Positions 1 to 9,422 of a stretch of 64,000 nt of DNA are shown here, in pieces. The notes beneath the pieces are model-generated. The model did not search any database. It was not told where the DNA came from and saw nothing but the letters and a program-made list of their open reading frames with translations. The first letter of the stretch is position 1. Each line of letters begins with the position of its first letter. Made by a program: the position numbers and the translations under genes. Origin of the DNA: an uncultured Nitrospiraceae bacterium (GTDB taxonomy: Bacteria > Nitrospirota > Nitrospiria > Nitrospirales > Nitrospiraceae); the NCBI GenBank assembly GCA_963846575.1, contig CAWJWJ010000002.1, forward strand, positions 544,001 through 608,000, written 5' to 3'.

Positions 1-1463
1 ATGGCTTGCATAGGCTGGAGGTGGCCGCGAATCCATCCATCGCGTGCACGCTCTCGAATGAACCGCATGAGTTTTCGCCTACTGGTCTGGCGGACAGCCC
101 ACAACTCCTGATCAGGCAGATCAGTGACCCGCTGCCAGATCGTTGGGTCATCGATCCGCTCAGCCCATTCGGCACTGAGGTATTTGGCATAGAGAGAATT
201 GGCTTCCGGCGAAATCCAAGTCGGCGCGTGGATGCCGTTCGTCAGGTGTCGGATGGGGATGAGGTCCTCCGCCAAGCCCGGCCACAAATGTTGCCACATA
301 TGACGAGATACCCGGCCATGCTCGCGACTTACGCCATTGACATGAGCGGAGAGTCGCATGGCGAGGGCCGTCATGTTGAAACCGTGGCCTGTGCTTTCCG
401 GGGTCTCGCCGAGACGGAGAAACTCCTCTCTGGACAAGCCAAGTTGTCCCCAGTAGTTCGAGAAGTAGCGGTCCATGAGATGGAAGGGGAAGATATCGTG
501 CCCGGCTGGGACCGGAGTGTGTGTGGTGAAAACCGTGCTTTGTCTTACCAGGTCACTGGCCTCGGCATGGCTGTGGCCAGCAGCGACGAATTCACGGATA
601 CGTTCCAAGGTCAGAAATGCCGAATGGCCTTCGTTACAATGCCAGACAGCGGGAGTGATGCCGAGGGCGCGTAACATTCGCACGCCCCCGATCCCTAATA
701 GGAATTCCTGACAGAGCCTCGTCTCTTGATCCCCGCCATACAAACGTGCGGAGAGGGCGCGATCCTCCGGTGTATTTTCGGGCACATCGGTATCGATCAA
801 GAACAGCGACATCCGGCCGGCCCGAACCTGCCAGACAAGGACGTTGACATGGCGGTGGCCGATCTCCACCGTTATGGAGCAGGGGGTGCCAGCCGGGGTC
901 AAGGCCTGGTGGATAGGTGAGTCGTGTCGATTGAATGGTGCATAGGTGGCTTCCTGCCAGCCCTCGGGATTGATGCGCTGTTTGAAATAGCCTTGTGGGT
1001 ACATGAAGCCGATACCGACGAGGGGAATTCCCAGATCGCTGGCCTCTTTGCAGTGGTCACCCGCCAGAATACCCAGTCCTCCACTGTAAATCGGAATTGA
1101 TATGTGGAGACCGAATTCTGCCGAGAAGTAGGCGATTGGAGAATTCTGAAGCGCCGGGAACTCCGTAGCCGCCCAGGTTTTTTTGTCGCTCATGTAGTCG
1201 TCGAATGCGCGCAGGACGGCAGAATATTGCCGTACGAAATTCGGATCGCTTGCTAAAGTCGTGAGCCGCTCAGGTTTCACACTGGAAAGAAGCTGGACGG
1301 GATTGTGATGGGTCAGAAACCAGAGCGTCGGGTCGATAGATTCAAATAGTTGCCTCGCCGTGGGAGTCCAACTCCACCATAAGTTGCGGGCCAGCTCACC
1401 CAAGCGATGGAGATTGTTCGGAACCGTCTCATGAGGGAATTGTCCTTGATCGGGTGCTTGCAC
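1..1463 (-). CDS. glgP: Alpha-glucan (glycogen/starch) phosphorylase, 5' part; runs off the window start
   Basis: Not in ORF track. Manual reverse-strand translation from GTG (1463-1461, preceded by GGAGG) gives MQAPDQ...LGELARNLWWSW...AYFSAEFGLHISIPIYSGGLGILAGDHCKEASDLGIPLVGIG, the typical glucan phosphorylase N-terminal signature. Confidence 0.93.
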   Translation of the reverse strand, partial: MQAPDQGQFPHETVPNNLHRLGELARNLWWSWTPTARQLFESIDPTLWFLTHHNPVQLLSSVKPERLTTLASDPNFVRQYSAVLRAFDDYMSDKKTWAATEFPALQNSPIAYFSAEFGLHISIPIYSGGLGILAGDHCKEASDLGIPLVGIGFMYPQGYFKQRINPEGWQEATYAPFNRHDSPIHQALTPAGTPCSITVEIGHRHVNVLVWQVRAGRMSLFLIDTDVPENTPEDRALSARLYGGDQETRLCQEFLLGIGGVRMLRALGITPAVWHCNEGHSAFLTLERIREFVAAGHSHAEASDLVRQSTVFTTHTPVPAGHDIFPFHLMDRYFSNYWGQLGLSREEFLRLGETPESTGHGFNMTALAMRLSAHVNGVSREHGRVSRHMWQHLWPGLAEDLIPIRHLTNGIHAPTWISPEANSLYAKYLSAEWAERIDDPTIWQRVTDLPDQELWAVRQTSRRKLMRFIRERARDGWIRGHLQPMQA

Positions 1464-1532
1464 GACGCCTCCGTGGAATTATGAATGATGGCTGAGGAAG
1501 AAGACCGCGAGGTCACGCTTCCGGAATGTGCG

Positions 1533-2369
1533 TCAGGCGTGTCCGGCTTTATGCCAGGATGCCCACTGGTCAGAAAAGGCGACGGCGGCGTATCGTTCCC
1601 CGAGGATTTTGGCGACACGATTCATGGTCGCCGTGAGTTGTTTCGTCTCCTCTTGCGTTAAATCTTGACGAAAGCGTGGATGTAACCCCCATCGGGTTTC
1701 GACCTCTTCGCCTTTGATGCTCGACATCACACTGACCAGTTTGATGTCGGTGCCCGTAGTTCCCCGAGGTGCTGCGGTTGCTGCGGCCATTCCGTCATTC
1801 GCAGGGGCCTCGGCGGCGGCGGGCGGAGTCTGCCCTTCAAATATGCCGATGAGCGCGGGAATGACCGCGCTGATACAGAGCGTGGCGGCCGCGGTCACTC
1901 GCGGATTTCCAGGAGCCGCAACCAGGCGGGCGATGCGATCGCTGAAGTCGCGGTACATGTCGTTCTTGGCTGCGCTGTCCTCGGTCACCAGGAAACGATA
2001 ACGCTCGTAGGTCTGACGGCTTTCTGCCACAGCTGTTCCGATGGTCAAGACAATTTCCGTCTGGTCGCTCCCGGCCCCGAAGGCCGGCTCCAGCGCTTTT
2101 TTGAGTTGATCGATCACCATGTCTGTCAACTCATCCATGAATTGAGGCTGTTCCTTGAGTGGAATGTGCAGCATCGATACACGATCAGCCAGATTGAACA
2201 TGACGCGCAGGAACTCGAGATAGATGGTCCACTCGTCTTGACGTTTGAGTTTCAATGCCTGTTCCGGCACGGCCTTTTTTATCACCGAGACGGATTCACC
2301 CGCGACCGCAAGCATCAGCTCCGCCACGATCTGCATTTGTTGAGCGAACGGCATTTGTCTGGTTGGCAT
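1533..2369 (-). CDS. Hypothetical protein, probably mostly alpha-helical
   Basis: Long ORF 1533..2447. Likely start is ATG at 2369 (MPTRQMPF), preceded by AGGGGA. No recognisable motif. Confidence 0.7.
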   Translation of the reverse strand: MPTRQMPFAQQMQIVAELMLAVAGESVSVIKKAVPEQALKLKRQDEWTIYLEFLRVMFNLADRVSMLHIPLKEQPQFMDELTDMVIDQLKKALEPAFGAGSDQTEIVLTIGTAVAESRQTYERYRFLVTEDSAAKNDMYRDFSDRIARLVAAPGNPRVTAAATLCISAVIPALIGIFEGQTPPAAAEAPANDGMAAATAAPRGTTGTDIKLVSVMSSIKGEEVETRWGLHPRFRQDLTQEETKQLTATMNRVAKILGERYAAVAFSDQWASWHKAGHA

Positions 2370-2546
2370 ACAAGTCCCCTGTCTGCTCGGCATTATATAC
2401 AACTCGATTTGAAGGTCCAAGTGCTCATCTCGTTCTGTAGGGAGCACGGCTCGGCAGGGGCGGCGCTATCGTTGCAAGGTATCAAGTGGTATGTTATACA
2501 GCGCGACCGCTTTTGCATGTCTCTCACTGCCAATTCGGATGTCGTC

Positions 2547-4574
2547 ATGGATCGAGACATAAAACCTTACATTCTGAAACGGACCGCGGATCAGGACATC
2601 GTCCCGAAGCTCTCGCTGGACTATGCACGGGCTCTCAATCCGCAGCAGTATGCAGCCGTGACGGCAGGCGAGGGTCCTGCCCTGGTCATTGCCGGCGCCG
2701 GAAGCGGCAAGACGCGCACCCTCGTCCATCGTGTCGCTTACTTGATCGATTCGGGAGTGGACCCGTCCCACATTCTGCTTCTGACCTTTACGCGCAAGTC
2801 TTCGGAGGAGATGCTGGAGCGGGTTGGGATTTTGATCGGGTCGCGCTGTCAGAGAGTCTGCGGAGGCACCTTTCACTCGGTGGCGAACATGTTGCTTCGA
2901 CGCCATGGGCGGGTCCTGGGCATCGAGCCGGGATTCACGATTATGGATCGGGGCGATGCCGAAGATCTGATCGCGCTATTGCGCGCCCAGATGGGTCTCC
3001 ATGAGAAAAATAAGCGATTCCCTCGCAAGGGTACGATCGCGGAGATTTACAGTAAGTGCGAAAACACACTGCGAGGTCTGGAAGAGATCGTCCTCGACGA
3101 ATTTTCGCACTTCGCGGACCATCTTGATGATCTTGGGACGTTGCAGCGAGCCTATCGCTCGGCCAAACGCCAGCGACAATTACTCGATTACGATGACTTG
3201 CTCGTATTGCTGCTCGATCTCTTGACTCAACATAAGGACACCCAGGGAGCCATTGCGCGCCAATTTCGCTATATCCTCGTTGATGAATATCAGGATACCA
3301 ATCGGTTGCAGGCCGAACTAATTCGCAAGTTGGCGGCCACGCACGACAACGTCATGGTTGTCGGGGACGATTCGCAATCCATTTATGGCTTCCGTGGCGC
3401 GACGTTCCGCAACATCATGGAATTCCCTTCGTGGTTCCCTGGCGCCACCATCTACAAGTTGGAGGAGAACTATCGCAGTACTCAGCCCATCCTCAGTGTG
3501 GCCAATGAAATAATTCAAGAAGCGCCAGAAAAATATACGAAGCATCTGTTCACACGCAAACTGGATGGGCCGTTGCCCGCCCTGGTTGAAGCGGCCGGCG
3601 AGAACGCGCAGTCTCGATTTGTGGCGCAAAAAATCCTGGAACTGCGCGAAGAAGGCGTGCCGCTGAGTGAAATCGCCGTACTCTTTCGTTCTAGTTTTCA
3701 CTCCTTCGATCTGGAAATCGAGCTGTCCCGTTGTGGATTGCCGTTTGTGAAGCGAGGCGGAATCAAATTCATCGAAGCAGCGCATGTGAAGGATCTTCTG
3801 GCGCATCTGCGCGTGGTCATCAATCCGCAGGATGCGGTCAGTTGGCATCGCGTGCTCATGCTGATCGAGGGAGTGGGCCCCAAGAAAGCCCACGATCTGG
3901 TTGCGTCGATGCTGCATAGTACTGATCCCTATCAGCGACTGCGAGACAGCAGCGGTCGTTCAGGTAAGGGGTTACGAGAACTGGCAGTCATGCTCGAGAA
4001 TCTCTCGCAGAGTGACGACCTGAGTCCGACCGAACAGGTCAACCGGGTGTATGAGTACTATGTGCCGATTCTCAAAGATCTTCATGACGACTATCCGAAA
4101 AGGATCCGGGATTTAGACCATCTCCATACCATTGCAGAGAGCTATCCTGGTCTAACCGAGTTTCTGGCTGATCTGGCGCTGGCGCCGCCGGATGGCAGTG
4201 CGGTGGGGGTGGAGCCATCAGGGCAGGATGACGAGCAAGTCGTGCTCTCCACAATTCACTCGGCCAAGGGTCTCGAATGGCAGTGCGTCTTTCTTCTGTG
4301 GGTGGTGGATGGCAAGTTTCCCTCGGTCTTCTCATTCAATACGGATGAGGAACTAGAGGAGGAGCGCCGGTTGCTGTATGTCGCAGTCACCCGGGCGAAG
4401 CGATACCTGTTTTTAATCTATCCGATCAATGTGTATGATAGAAGTTCAGGCATGCTGCTGTCGAAGCCGTCCCGGTTTCTCGACCACGTCTCCCCGCGAT
4501 TATTTGAGACGCTGGCCCTCGTCGAAGAAGGGGGCGCGTATGAATGGGGTCACGACCGTGACCGCTTTGTGTAG
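2547..4574 (+). CDS. ATP-dependent DNA helicase, UvrD/PcrA/Rep (SF1A) family
   Basis: LNPQQ Q-motif, Walker A AGAGSGKT, LVDEYQD, VGDDSQSIYGFRGA, LEENYRS, STIHSAKGLE, EERRLLYVAVTRA. Start trimmed to MDRDIK (2547), with 2517 also possible. The upstream ORF extension overlaps the opposite-strand gene. Confidence 0.93.
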   Translation: MDRDIKPYILKRTADQDIVPKLSLDYARALNPQQYAAVTAGEGPALVIAGAGSGKTRTLVHRVAYLIDSGVDPSHILLLTFTRKSSEEMLERVGILIGSRCQRVCGGTFHSVANMLLRRHGRVLGIEPGFTIMDRGDAEDLIALLRAQMGLHEKNKRFPRKGTIAEIYSKCENTLRGLEEIVLDEFSHFADHLDDLGTLQRAYRSAKRQRQLLDYDDLLVLLLDLLTQHKDTQGAIARQFRYILVDEYQDTNRLQAELIRKLAATHDNVMVVGDDSQSIYGFRGATFRNIMEFPSWFPGATIYKLEENYRSTQPILSVANEIIQEAPEKYTKHLFTRKLDGPLPALVEAAGENAQSRFVAQKILELREEGVPLSEIAVLFRSSFHSFDLEIELSRCGLPFVKRGGIKFIEAAHVKDLLAHLRVVINPQDAVSWHRVLMLIEGVGPKKAHDLVASMLHSTDPYQRLRDSSGRSGKGLRELAVMLENLSQSDDLSPTEQVNRVYEYYVPILKDLHDDYPKRIRDLDHLHTIAESYPGLTEFLADLALAPPDGSAVGVEPSGQDDEQVVLSTIHSAKGLEWQCVFLLWVVDGKFPSVFSFNTDEELEEERRLLYVAVTRAKRYLFLIYPINVYDRSSGMLLSKPSRFLDHVSPRLFETLALVEEGGAYEWGHDRDRFV

Positions 4575-4639
4575 GACAAGCCCTCCCGCTGCCTAATGTC
4601 CGGCTGCCTCTCGCGATCCAGGCCACTTCGGTACAACCC

Positions 4640-5575
4640 ATGCGTATCCTCTGTTCATATGTCCGCCGTCTGGGTAACCTGGTTGCCTTGACCCTTGCCG
4701 GAATATTGCTGGGATTTCCGATATCCCAACACGTAGAGGCGGAAATCGCGACGGCGCCCAAGCAAGAGGGGAGGCTTTGGCAGGCTCTGGTGTCAGAGGC
4801 GAAATCGCTCACCCTCCCCACCCGATTTCTGGAACAAATCCCTCCAGAGTTTGTAACCTTCGAGTTTGAGGATTTGCGCGCATTTGCCGCGGAGTACCAT
4901 CCGAAGGATCACCGCATGGTGTTGGACCGGTCGCTCTCCCTGAACGCGGCAGGCGGAACATTACGGCCATTGGGACGGCTGACGCATAAGGAGTTGGAGA
5001 CCCTGTATCACGAGCTGTTCCATGCCTATATGGATTACTTGGAACAGGGGAATGGGAACAGTGTGGGGGATACCCCATTGATGGCGTTCGCTCGCGAGCA
5101 GCAACAGTGCCGGTATCAGCATGTCTTTATTACACCGGTGCTCCAAAAAAAGGACTTGAAAGAAGAACGATATCTGAGTGAGACCGAATCTTGGGAGGCT
5201 TTGAATGAGACATGGGCAGTATTCATCGGATGGGCCGTGTGGACTCAGCTTGAGGTAGGTAGTAAGCAAGGGGATGCCCTCCGGCGGTCCAGCAGCCCTC
5301 CTAATTTCGCCGGCTGGCTGAAGCGGCTGAAGCGGGCCGATCAGGATGCGGCACTGAAGGGCTATTACGAGCCCGAAGACCCGAGTGAAAAGCTCATGGC
5401 CCGTAAGCGATATTTAGCGCCTGAATTCAGGCTGTCCGTACCTGAGTTGACTGTTCTGATGCGCGAAGTCCTGGGAAGCCAGCCGGAGTCAATCCTGGAG
5501 GCTCGCCGGGTGATTAATCCCACTAGTCCGGTATCCGGCAGTCCAAAGACCTGCGGTGCCCCGCTTTCCCATTAA
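4640..5575 (+). CDS. Exported hypothetical protein with HEXXH motif (possible zinc metallopeptidase)
   Basis: N-terminal hydrophobic signal-like segment, YHELFHAY and downstream EALNETWA. Confidence 0.65.
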   Translation: MRILCSYVRRLGNLVALTLAGILLGFPISQHVEAEIATAPKQEGRLWQALVSEAKSLTLPTRFLEQIPPEFVTFEFEDLRAFAAEYHPKDHRMVLDRSLSLNAAGGTLRPLGRLTHKELETLYHELFHAYMDYLEQGNGNSVGDTPLMAFAREQQQCRYQHVFITPVLQKKDLKEERYLSETESWEALNETWAVFIGWAVWTQLEVGSKQGDALRRSSSPPNFAGWLKRLKRADQDAALKGYYEPEDPSEKLMARKRYLAPEFRLSVPELTVLMREVLGSQPESILEARRVINPTSPVSGSPKTCGAPLSH

Positions 5576-5602
5576 AATCATTCCTGCACAGAACATACCC
5601 CC

Positions 5603-5631
5603 TTGACAATGGAGCGTGTCGCAAATAAAAT
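5603..5631 (+). promoter_or_regulatory. Sigma70-type promoter for the tRNA-tuf cluster
   Basis: TTGACA (5603-5608), 17 bp spacer, TAAAAT (5626-5631). Confidence 0.75.
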
Positions 5632-5810
5632 CGGCTGCTTTCAAAGCCAGGTCAATCCTCATTTCATCAGTACCCCAGCCCTGTCGTTTTGCTGGGAAGC
5701 TGTGCGTGGTGGGGCTTACTTTCATTCTCCGACTCCAAAGGAATGAAATCGCTTCGGTTAGAGACTTGCCTGGGAAGAGGTCTTTGTTTGGTGTGACTAT
5801 TGTGAGAAAC

Positions 5811-5896
5811 GGGCAGGTACCCAAGTGGACAAAGGGGGCAGACTGTAAATCTGCTGCCTGATGGCTTCCAAGGTTCGAATCCTTGCCTGCCCACCA
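5811..5896 (+). tRNA. tRNA-Tyr (GTA)
   Basis: Acceptor GGGCAGG/CCTGCCC, anticodon arm GCAGA-CT-GTA-AA-TCTGC, long variable arm, GGTTCGAATCC, encoded CCA. Confidence 0.97.
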
Positions 5897-6016
5897 ATAC
5901 TTGAATTAATTCTGCCTGTGCGGAGTGTGGTTCGTGAGTGTCTGGCGAAGCGAAACGTGGACTTGTTCTCGGCGAGACCGCGGGCAAGCCGTGGATAATT
6001 GGCAGGTTCACCGTGG

Positions 6017-6091
6017 GCGGGCGTAGCTCAGTGGTAGAGTTCCAGCCTTCCAAGCTGGCTGTCGTGGGTTCAAATCCCATCGCCCGCTCCA
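6017..6091 (+). tRNA. tRNA-Gly (TCC)
   Basis: Acceptor GCGGGCG/CGCCCGC, anticodon arm CCAGC-CT-TCC-AA-GCTGG, GGTTCAAATCC, CCA end. Confidence 0.97.
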
Positions 6092-6156
6092 AAATGAGCG
6101 CACTCGGTCAGGGGTGTTCCGGGGGCGTGCGACTGGAAACAAATTGTGAGTTGATG

Positions 6157-6232
6157 GCCCACGTAGCTCAGTTGGCAGAGCACGTCCTTGGTAAGGACGA
6201 GGTCACGCGTTCGATTCGCGTCGTGGGCTCCA
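6157..6232 (+). tRNA. tRNA-Thr (GGT)
   Basis: Acceptor GCCCACG/CGTGGGC, anticodon arm CGTCC-TT-GGT-AA-GGACG, TTCGATT loop, CCA end. Confidence 0.97.
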
Positions 6233-6330
6233 TACTCTAGGTTGGCGCGGCCGGGCTCTTCTGCCGGATGGCTATCCAGCATCCAGGGCAATGTTTCGAG
6301 AAAACAGTGTTTCGACAAAAGGAGTGAATC

Positions 6331-7536
6331 ATGGCGAAGGCGAAATTTGAGCGACGAAAGCCCCACGTGAACATCGGGACGATCGGGCACGTGGACCATG
6401 GAAAGACGACGCTGACGAGTGCCCTGACCAAGATCTGCTCGGAGCGGGGCATGGCGAAGTTCATCAGCTACGACGAAGTGGCGAAGGCGAGCGAGAGTCA
6501 GGGGCGGCGGGATGCCAGCAAGATCATGACCATCGCGATCAGCCATGTGGAATATGAGACCGACAACCGGCACTACGCGCACGTCGATTGCCCGGGCCAC
6601 GCCGACTATGTGAAGAACATGATCACGGGCGCCGCGCAGATGGACGGAGCGATTTTGGTGGTGAGTGCGGCGGATGGGCCGATGCCGCAAACGCGAGAGC
6701 ACATTTTGTTGGCGCGCCAAGTCGGCGTCCCCTACATTGTCGTGTTTCTCAACAAGGCGGACAAGGTCGACGACAAGGAATTGCTGGAGTTGGTCGAGTT
6801 GGAAGTGCGGGAGCTGCTGACCAAGTATGAATTTCCGGGCGACAAGATTCCCATCATTCAGGGCTCGGCCTTGAAGGCGATCGAGGGGGATCAGGGGCCG
6901 TTGGGTGTGCCGTCCATTCTGAAGTTGTTGGAGGCGGTGGACACCTATATTCCGACCCCGACGCGGGCGATTGACAAGCCGTTCTTGATGCCGATTGAAG
7001 ATGTGTTCACGATCAGCGGGCGCGGGACGGTGGTGACGGGGCGCTGTGAGAAGGGCATCGTGAAGGTGGGCGACGAGATCGAGATCGTGGGGTTGAAGCC
7101 GACGCAGACGACCATCGTGACCGGGGTGGAAATGTTCCGCAAGGTGCTCGATGAGGGGCAGGCGGGGGATAACATCGGGGTGTTGCTGCGCGGGACGAAG
7201 AAGGAAGATGTGGAGCGCGGGATGGTGTTGGCGAAGCCCAAGAGCATTACGCCGCACACGAAGTTCAAGGCGGAGATTTATGTGTTGACGAAGGAAGAGG
7301 GCGGGCGGCATACGCCGTTTTTTAACGGGTACCGGCCGCAGTTCTACTTCCGGACGACGGACGTGACGGGCATCGTGACGCTGACGCCGGGGGTGGAGAT
7401 GGTGATGCCCGGAGACAATGTGACGGTGACGGGCGAGTTGATCAGCCCCATCGCCATGGATCAGGGGCTCCGGTTTGCGGTGCGCGAGGGTGGTAAAACC
7501 GTCGGCTCGGGCGTCGTCACTGAAATTCTAGCGTAG
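6331..7536 (+). CDS. tuf: Elongation factor Tu (copy 1)
   Basis: [35 protein letters not shown]; follows tRNA-Thr; SD AAAGGAG. Confidence 0.99.
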   Translation: MAKAKFERRKPHVNIGTIGHVDHGKTTLTSALTKICSERGMAKFISYDEVAKASESQGRRDASKIMTIAISHVEYETDNRHYAHVDCPGHADYVKNMITGAAQMDGAILVVSAADGPMPQTREHILLARQVGVPYIVVFLNKADKVDDKELLELVELEVRELLTKYEFPGDKIPIIQGSALKAIEGDQGPLGVPSILKLLEAVDTYIPTPTRAIDKPFLMPIEDVFTISGRGTVVTGRCEKGIVKVGDEIEIVGLKPTQTTIVTGVEMFRKVLDEGQAGDNIGVLLRGTKKEDVERGMVLAKPKSITPHTKFKAEIYVLTKEEGGRHTPFFNGYRPQFYFRTTDVTGIVTLTPGVEMVMPGDNVTVTGELISPIAMDQGLRFAVREGGKTVGSGVVTEILA

Positions 7537-7547
7537 GAGAGGGGAGG

Positions 7548-7616
7548 CGTGAAGCGTCGGGCGTCCTAGGTGCGTGAGATCCCTGATCTCGTGCCCTGTG
7601 CGTTGCACGCTTCGCG
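7548..7616 (+). promoter_or_regulatory. Long imperfect hairpin between a strong SD (GGGGAGG, 7541-7547) and the rpmG start
   Basis: CGTGAAGCGT (7548-7557) pairs with ACGCTTCGCG (7607-7616). Apical GAGATC-CCT-GATCTC. Confidence 0.55.
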
Positions 7617-7625
7617 GGATGCGAC

Positions 7626-7775
7626 ATGCGAGACATTATCGATTTGGCCTGTACGGTCTGCAAGCAGCGGAACTATACGACCCGCAAGAACAAGAAGAAT
7701 GATCCAGACCGGCTGGAGCGGAACAAGTTCTGTAAATTCTGCAGGAAGCACATAGCCCATAAAGAAGTGAAGTAG
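7626..7775 (+). CDS. rpmG: 50S ribosomal protein L33 (Zn-ribbon type)
   Basis: Not in ORF track (<60 aa). Translates [49 protein letters not shown]. Confidence 0.97.
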   Translation: MRDIIDLACTVCKQRNYTTRKNKKNDPDRLERNKFCKFCRKHIAHKEVK

Positions 7776-7834
7776 TTCTTTCGTGCTGGGTGAGGGCATT
7801 GACCTCCGCTCGGCAGCGCTCATGTTCCGCATGG

Positions 7835-7909
7835 AGGGGCATGGTGTCAACGGCAGCACATCGGTCTCCAAAACCGAGAGTCTAGGTTCAAATCCTAGTG
7901 CCCCTGCCA
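7835..7909 (+). tRNA. tRNA-Trp (CCA)
   Basis: Acceptor AGGGGCA/TGCCCCT, anticodon arm TCGGT-CT-CCA-AA-ACCGA, GGTTCAAATCC, CCA end. Canonical position before secE. Confidence 0.96.
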
Positions 7910-8073
7910 AGCCGGCCGCCCATGATCGGCACAGGGATGGTCGTGGTTGCTAAAGTTGCTGATTTAGAGGTGGGGCCCTGTCCCTGGCGGATTGTCTTGG
8001 TTGCTGGCGCGGCGCAAAGCGATGGGTCGTGGCGGATGACGCGTCTGGATAGTTCCACGAGAGGATTGTAATC

Positions 8074-8268
8074 GTGTTTCAGCGAATGACCGCATCTGTT
8101 CGAGAGTTCATCGAGGGCGTCCACGGAGAATTGAAGAAAGTATCATTTCCGACGAAAGCGGAAACGATCGGCGCCACCACGGTTGTGATTGTATTTTGCA
8201 TCCTTATGTCCTTGTATCTGTCGATGATGGATTCCGTGCTCGGCTGGCTGATGCGCAAGGTCATTTAG
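8074..8268 (+). CDS. secE: Preprotein translocase subunit SecE
   Basis: ELKKVSFPT motif plus one TM helix; lies between tRNA-Trp and nusG. Confidence 0.93.
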   Translation: MFQRMTASVREFIEGVHGELKKVSFPTKAETIGATTVVIVFCILMSLYLSMMDSVLGWLMRKVI

Positions 8269-8338
8269 TTGCGTCGTGCGGCTGGACAGGTCCGGCATTG
8301 CCCGGACGATATGATGCTGGATGTTCAGCTGAGAGGAG

Positions 8339-8881
8339 ATGATGAACAATAAGAACTGGTACGTCATCCACACCTATGCGGGCTTTGAGGGCCGCGTAAA
8401 GACCAGTCTCCTTGAGCGCGCAAATCAAATGGGGCTCACTGAGCGGCTGGGGCAGGTCTTGGTGCCGACGGAGGATGTGATTGAAATCAAGGATGGCAAG
8501 CGACGGACTTCTCGACGGAAGTTCTTCCCCGGTTATGTTTTGATCGAATTAGAGTCGCCGCTGGCAGACGAAACACTGCAGATGATCAAGGAGACCCCGA
8601 AGGTGACGGGGTTTGTCGGCGGCGGTGCCCAGCCAACGCCTCTTTCGTCTGAAGAAGTCGATTCTTTGCTGAAGCAGGTGGATGCCGGTGCGGCCGGTCC
8701 GCGCGAGCAGGTTCGCTTCATCAAGGGTGACAATGTCCGAATTGTGGACGGTCCGTTTCTGGGTTTCAATGGCGCCGTGGATGAGGTGGATGCGGATCAT
8801 AGCCGCGTCAAGGTCTTTGTGAGTATCTTCGGCCGGTCCACGCCGGTCGAGCTTGGGTTCTTGCAGGTTGAGCGTATTTGA
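8339..8881 (+). CDS. nusG: Transcription termination/antitermination factor NusG
   Basis: WYVIHTYAGFE, FFPGYVLI, TPKVTGFVG, KOW VRIVDGPF, IFGRSTPVEL. Confidence 0.98.
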   Translation: MMNNKNWYVIHTYAGFEGRVKTSLLERANQMGLTERLGQVLVPTEDVIEIKDGKRRTSRRKFFPGYVLIELESPLADETLQMIKETPKVTGFVGGGAQPTPLSSEEVDSLLKQVDAGAAGPREQVRFIKGDNVRIVDGPFLGFNGAVDEVDADHSRVKVFVSIFGRSTPVELGFLQVERI

Positions 8882-8955
8882 GGTCATTGGATTGGCGGAG
8901 TTGGATGAGAATCGCTCTCAGCCTGCCCTAGTCCGCAGTTCTCAGGGAGTAACTC

Positions 8956-9378
8956 ATGGCTAAGGAAGTTTCGGCACAGATAAAATTGCAGATCCCCGCT
9001 GGCAAGGCCAATCCTGCGCCCCCTGTCGGCCCGTCGCTGGGACAGCACGGCGTAAATATCATGGAATTCTGCAAGCAGTTCAATGCGAAAACGCAGAAGG
9101 ACGGGGACAGCATCATCCCGGTGATTATCACGGTCTATAAAGACCGCAGCTTTACCTTCATCATGAAGACGCCCCCGGCTTCTGATTTGCTCAAGAAGGC
9201 TGCCGGCATCATAAAGGGCTCTGGGGTGCCGCATAAGGACAAGGTGGGGAAGGTCAGCCAGGACCAAGTTCGTGAGATTGCGCAAAAGAAATTGTCCGAT
9301 CTGAACGCGGCGGACCTGGAGGGTGCCATCAAGATTATCCAAGGCACTGCGCGCAGTATGGGCATTGCCATCCAGTAA
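8956..9378 (+). CDS. rplK: 50S ribosomal protein L11
   Basis: [28 protein letters not shown]. Confidence 0.99.
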   Translation: MAKEVSAQIKLQIPAGKANPAPPVGPSLGQHGVNIMEFCKQFNAKTQKDGDSIIPVIITVYKDRSFTFIMKTPPASDLLKKAAGIIKGSGVPHKDKVGKVSQDQVREIAQKKLSDLNAADLEGAIKIIQGTARSMGIAIQ

Positions 9379-9422
9379 GTCTGTGCAGAGTGAACCTCCG
9401 GCGGATGTGAAGGAGTAGTAGT

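Noticed and set aside
6..674. 222-aa + strand ORF
   Set aside because: Antisense shadow of the glucan phosphorylase gene on the minus strand.
2106..2546. Apparent long N-terminal extension of the helicase
   Set aside because: Overlaps the opposite-strand gene and the divergent intergenic region. Helicase-like sequence starts only after about 2547.
5616..6240. ORFs 5616..5861, 5667..6092 and 5938..6240
   Set aside because: They run through tRNA-Tyr, -Gly and -Thr and are spurious.
6070..7311. 413-aa antisense ORF over tuf (and its twin 22624..23628)
   Set aside because: Typical antisense open frame of a GC-rich, codon-biased gene. Used only as evidence that the tuf copies are identical.
5811..7909. 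tRNA genes as possible integration sites
   Set aside because: No integrase, duplicated tRNA 3' end or foreign cargo nearby. Gene order is the canonical core arrangement.
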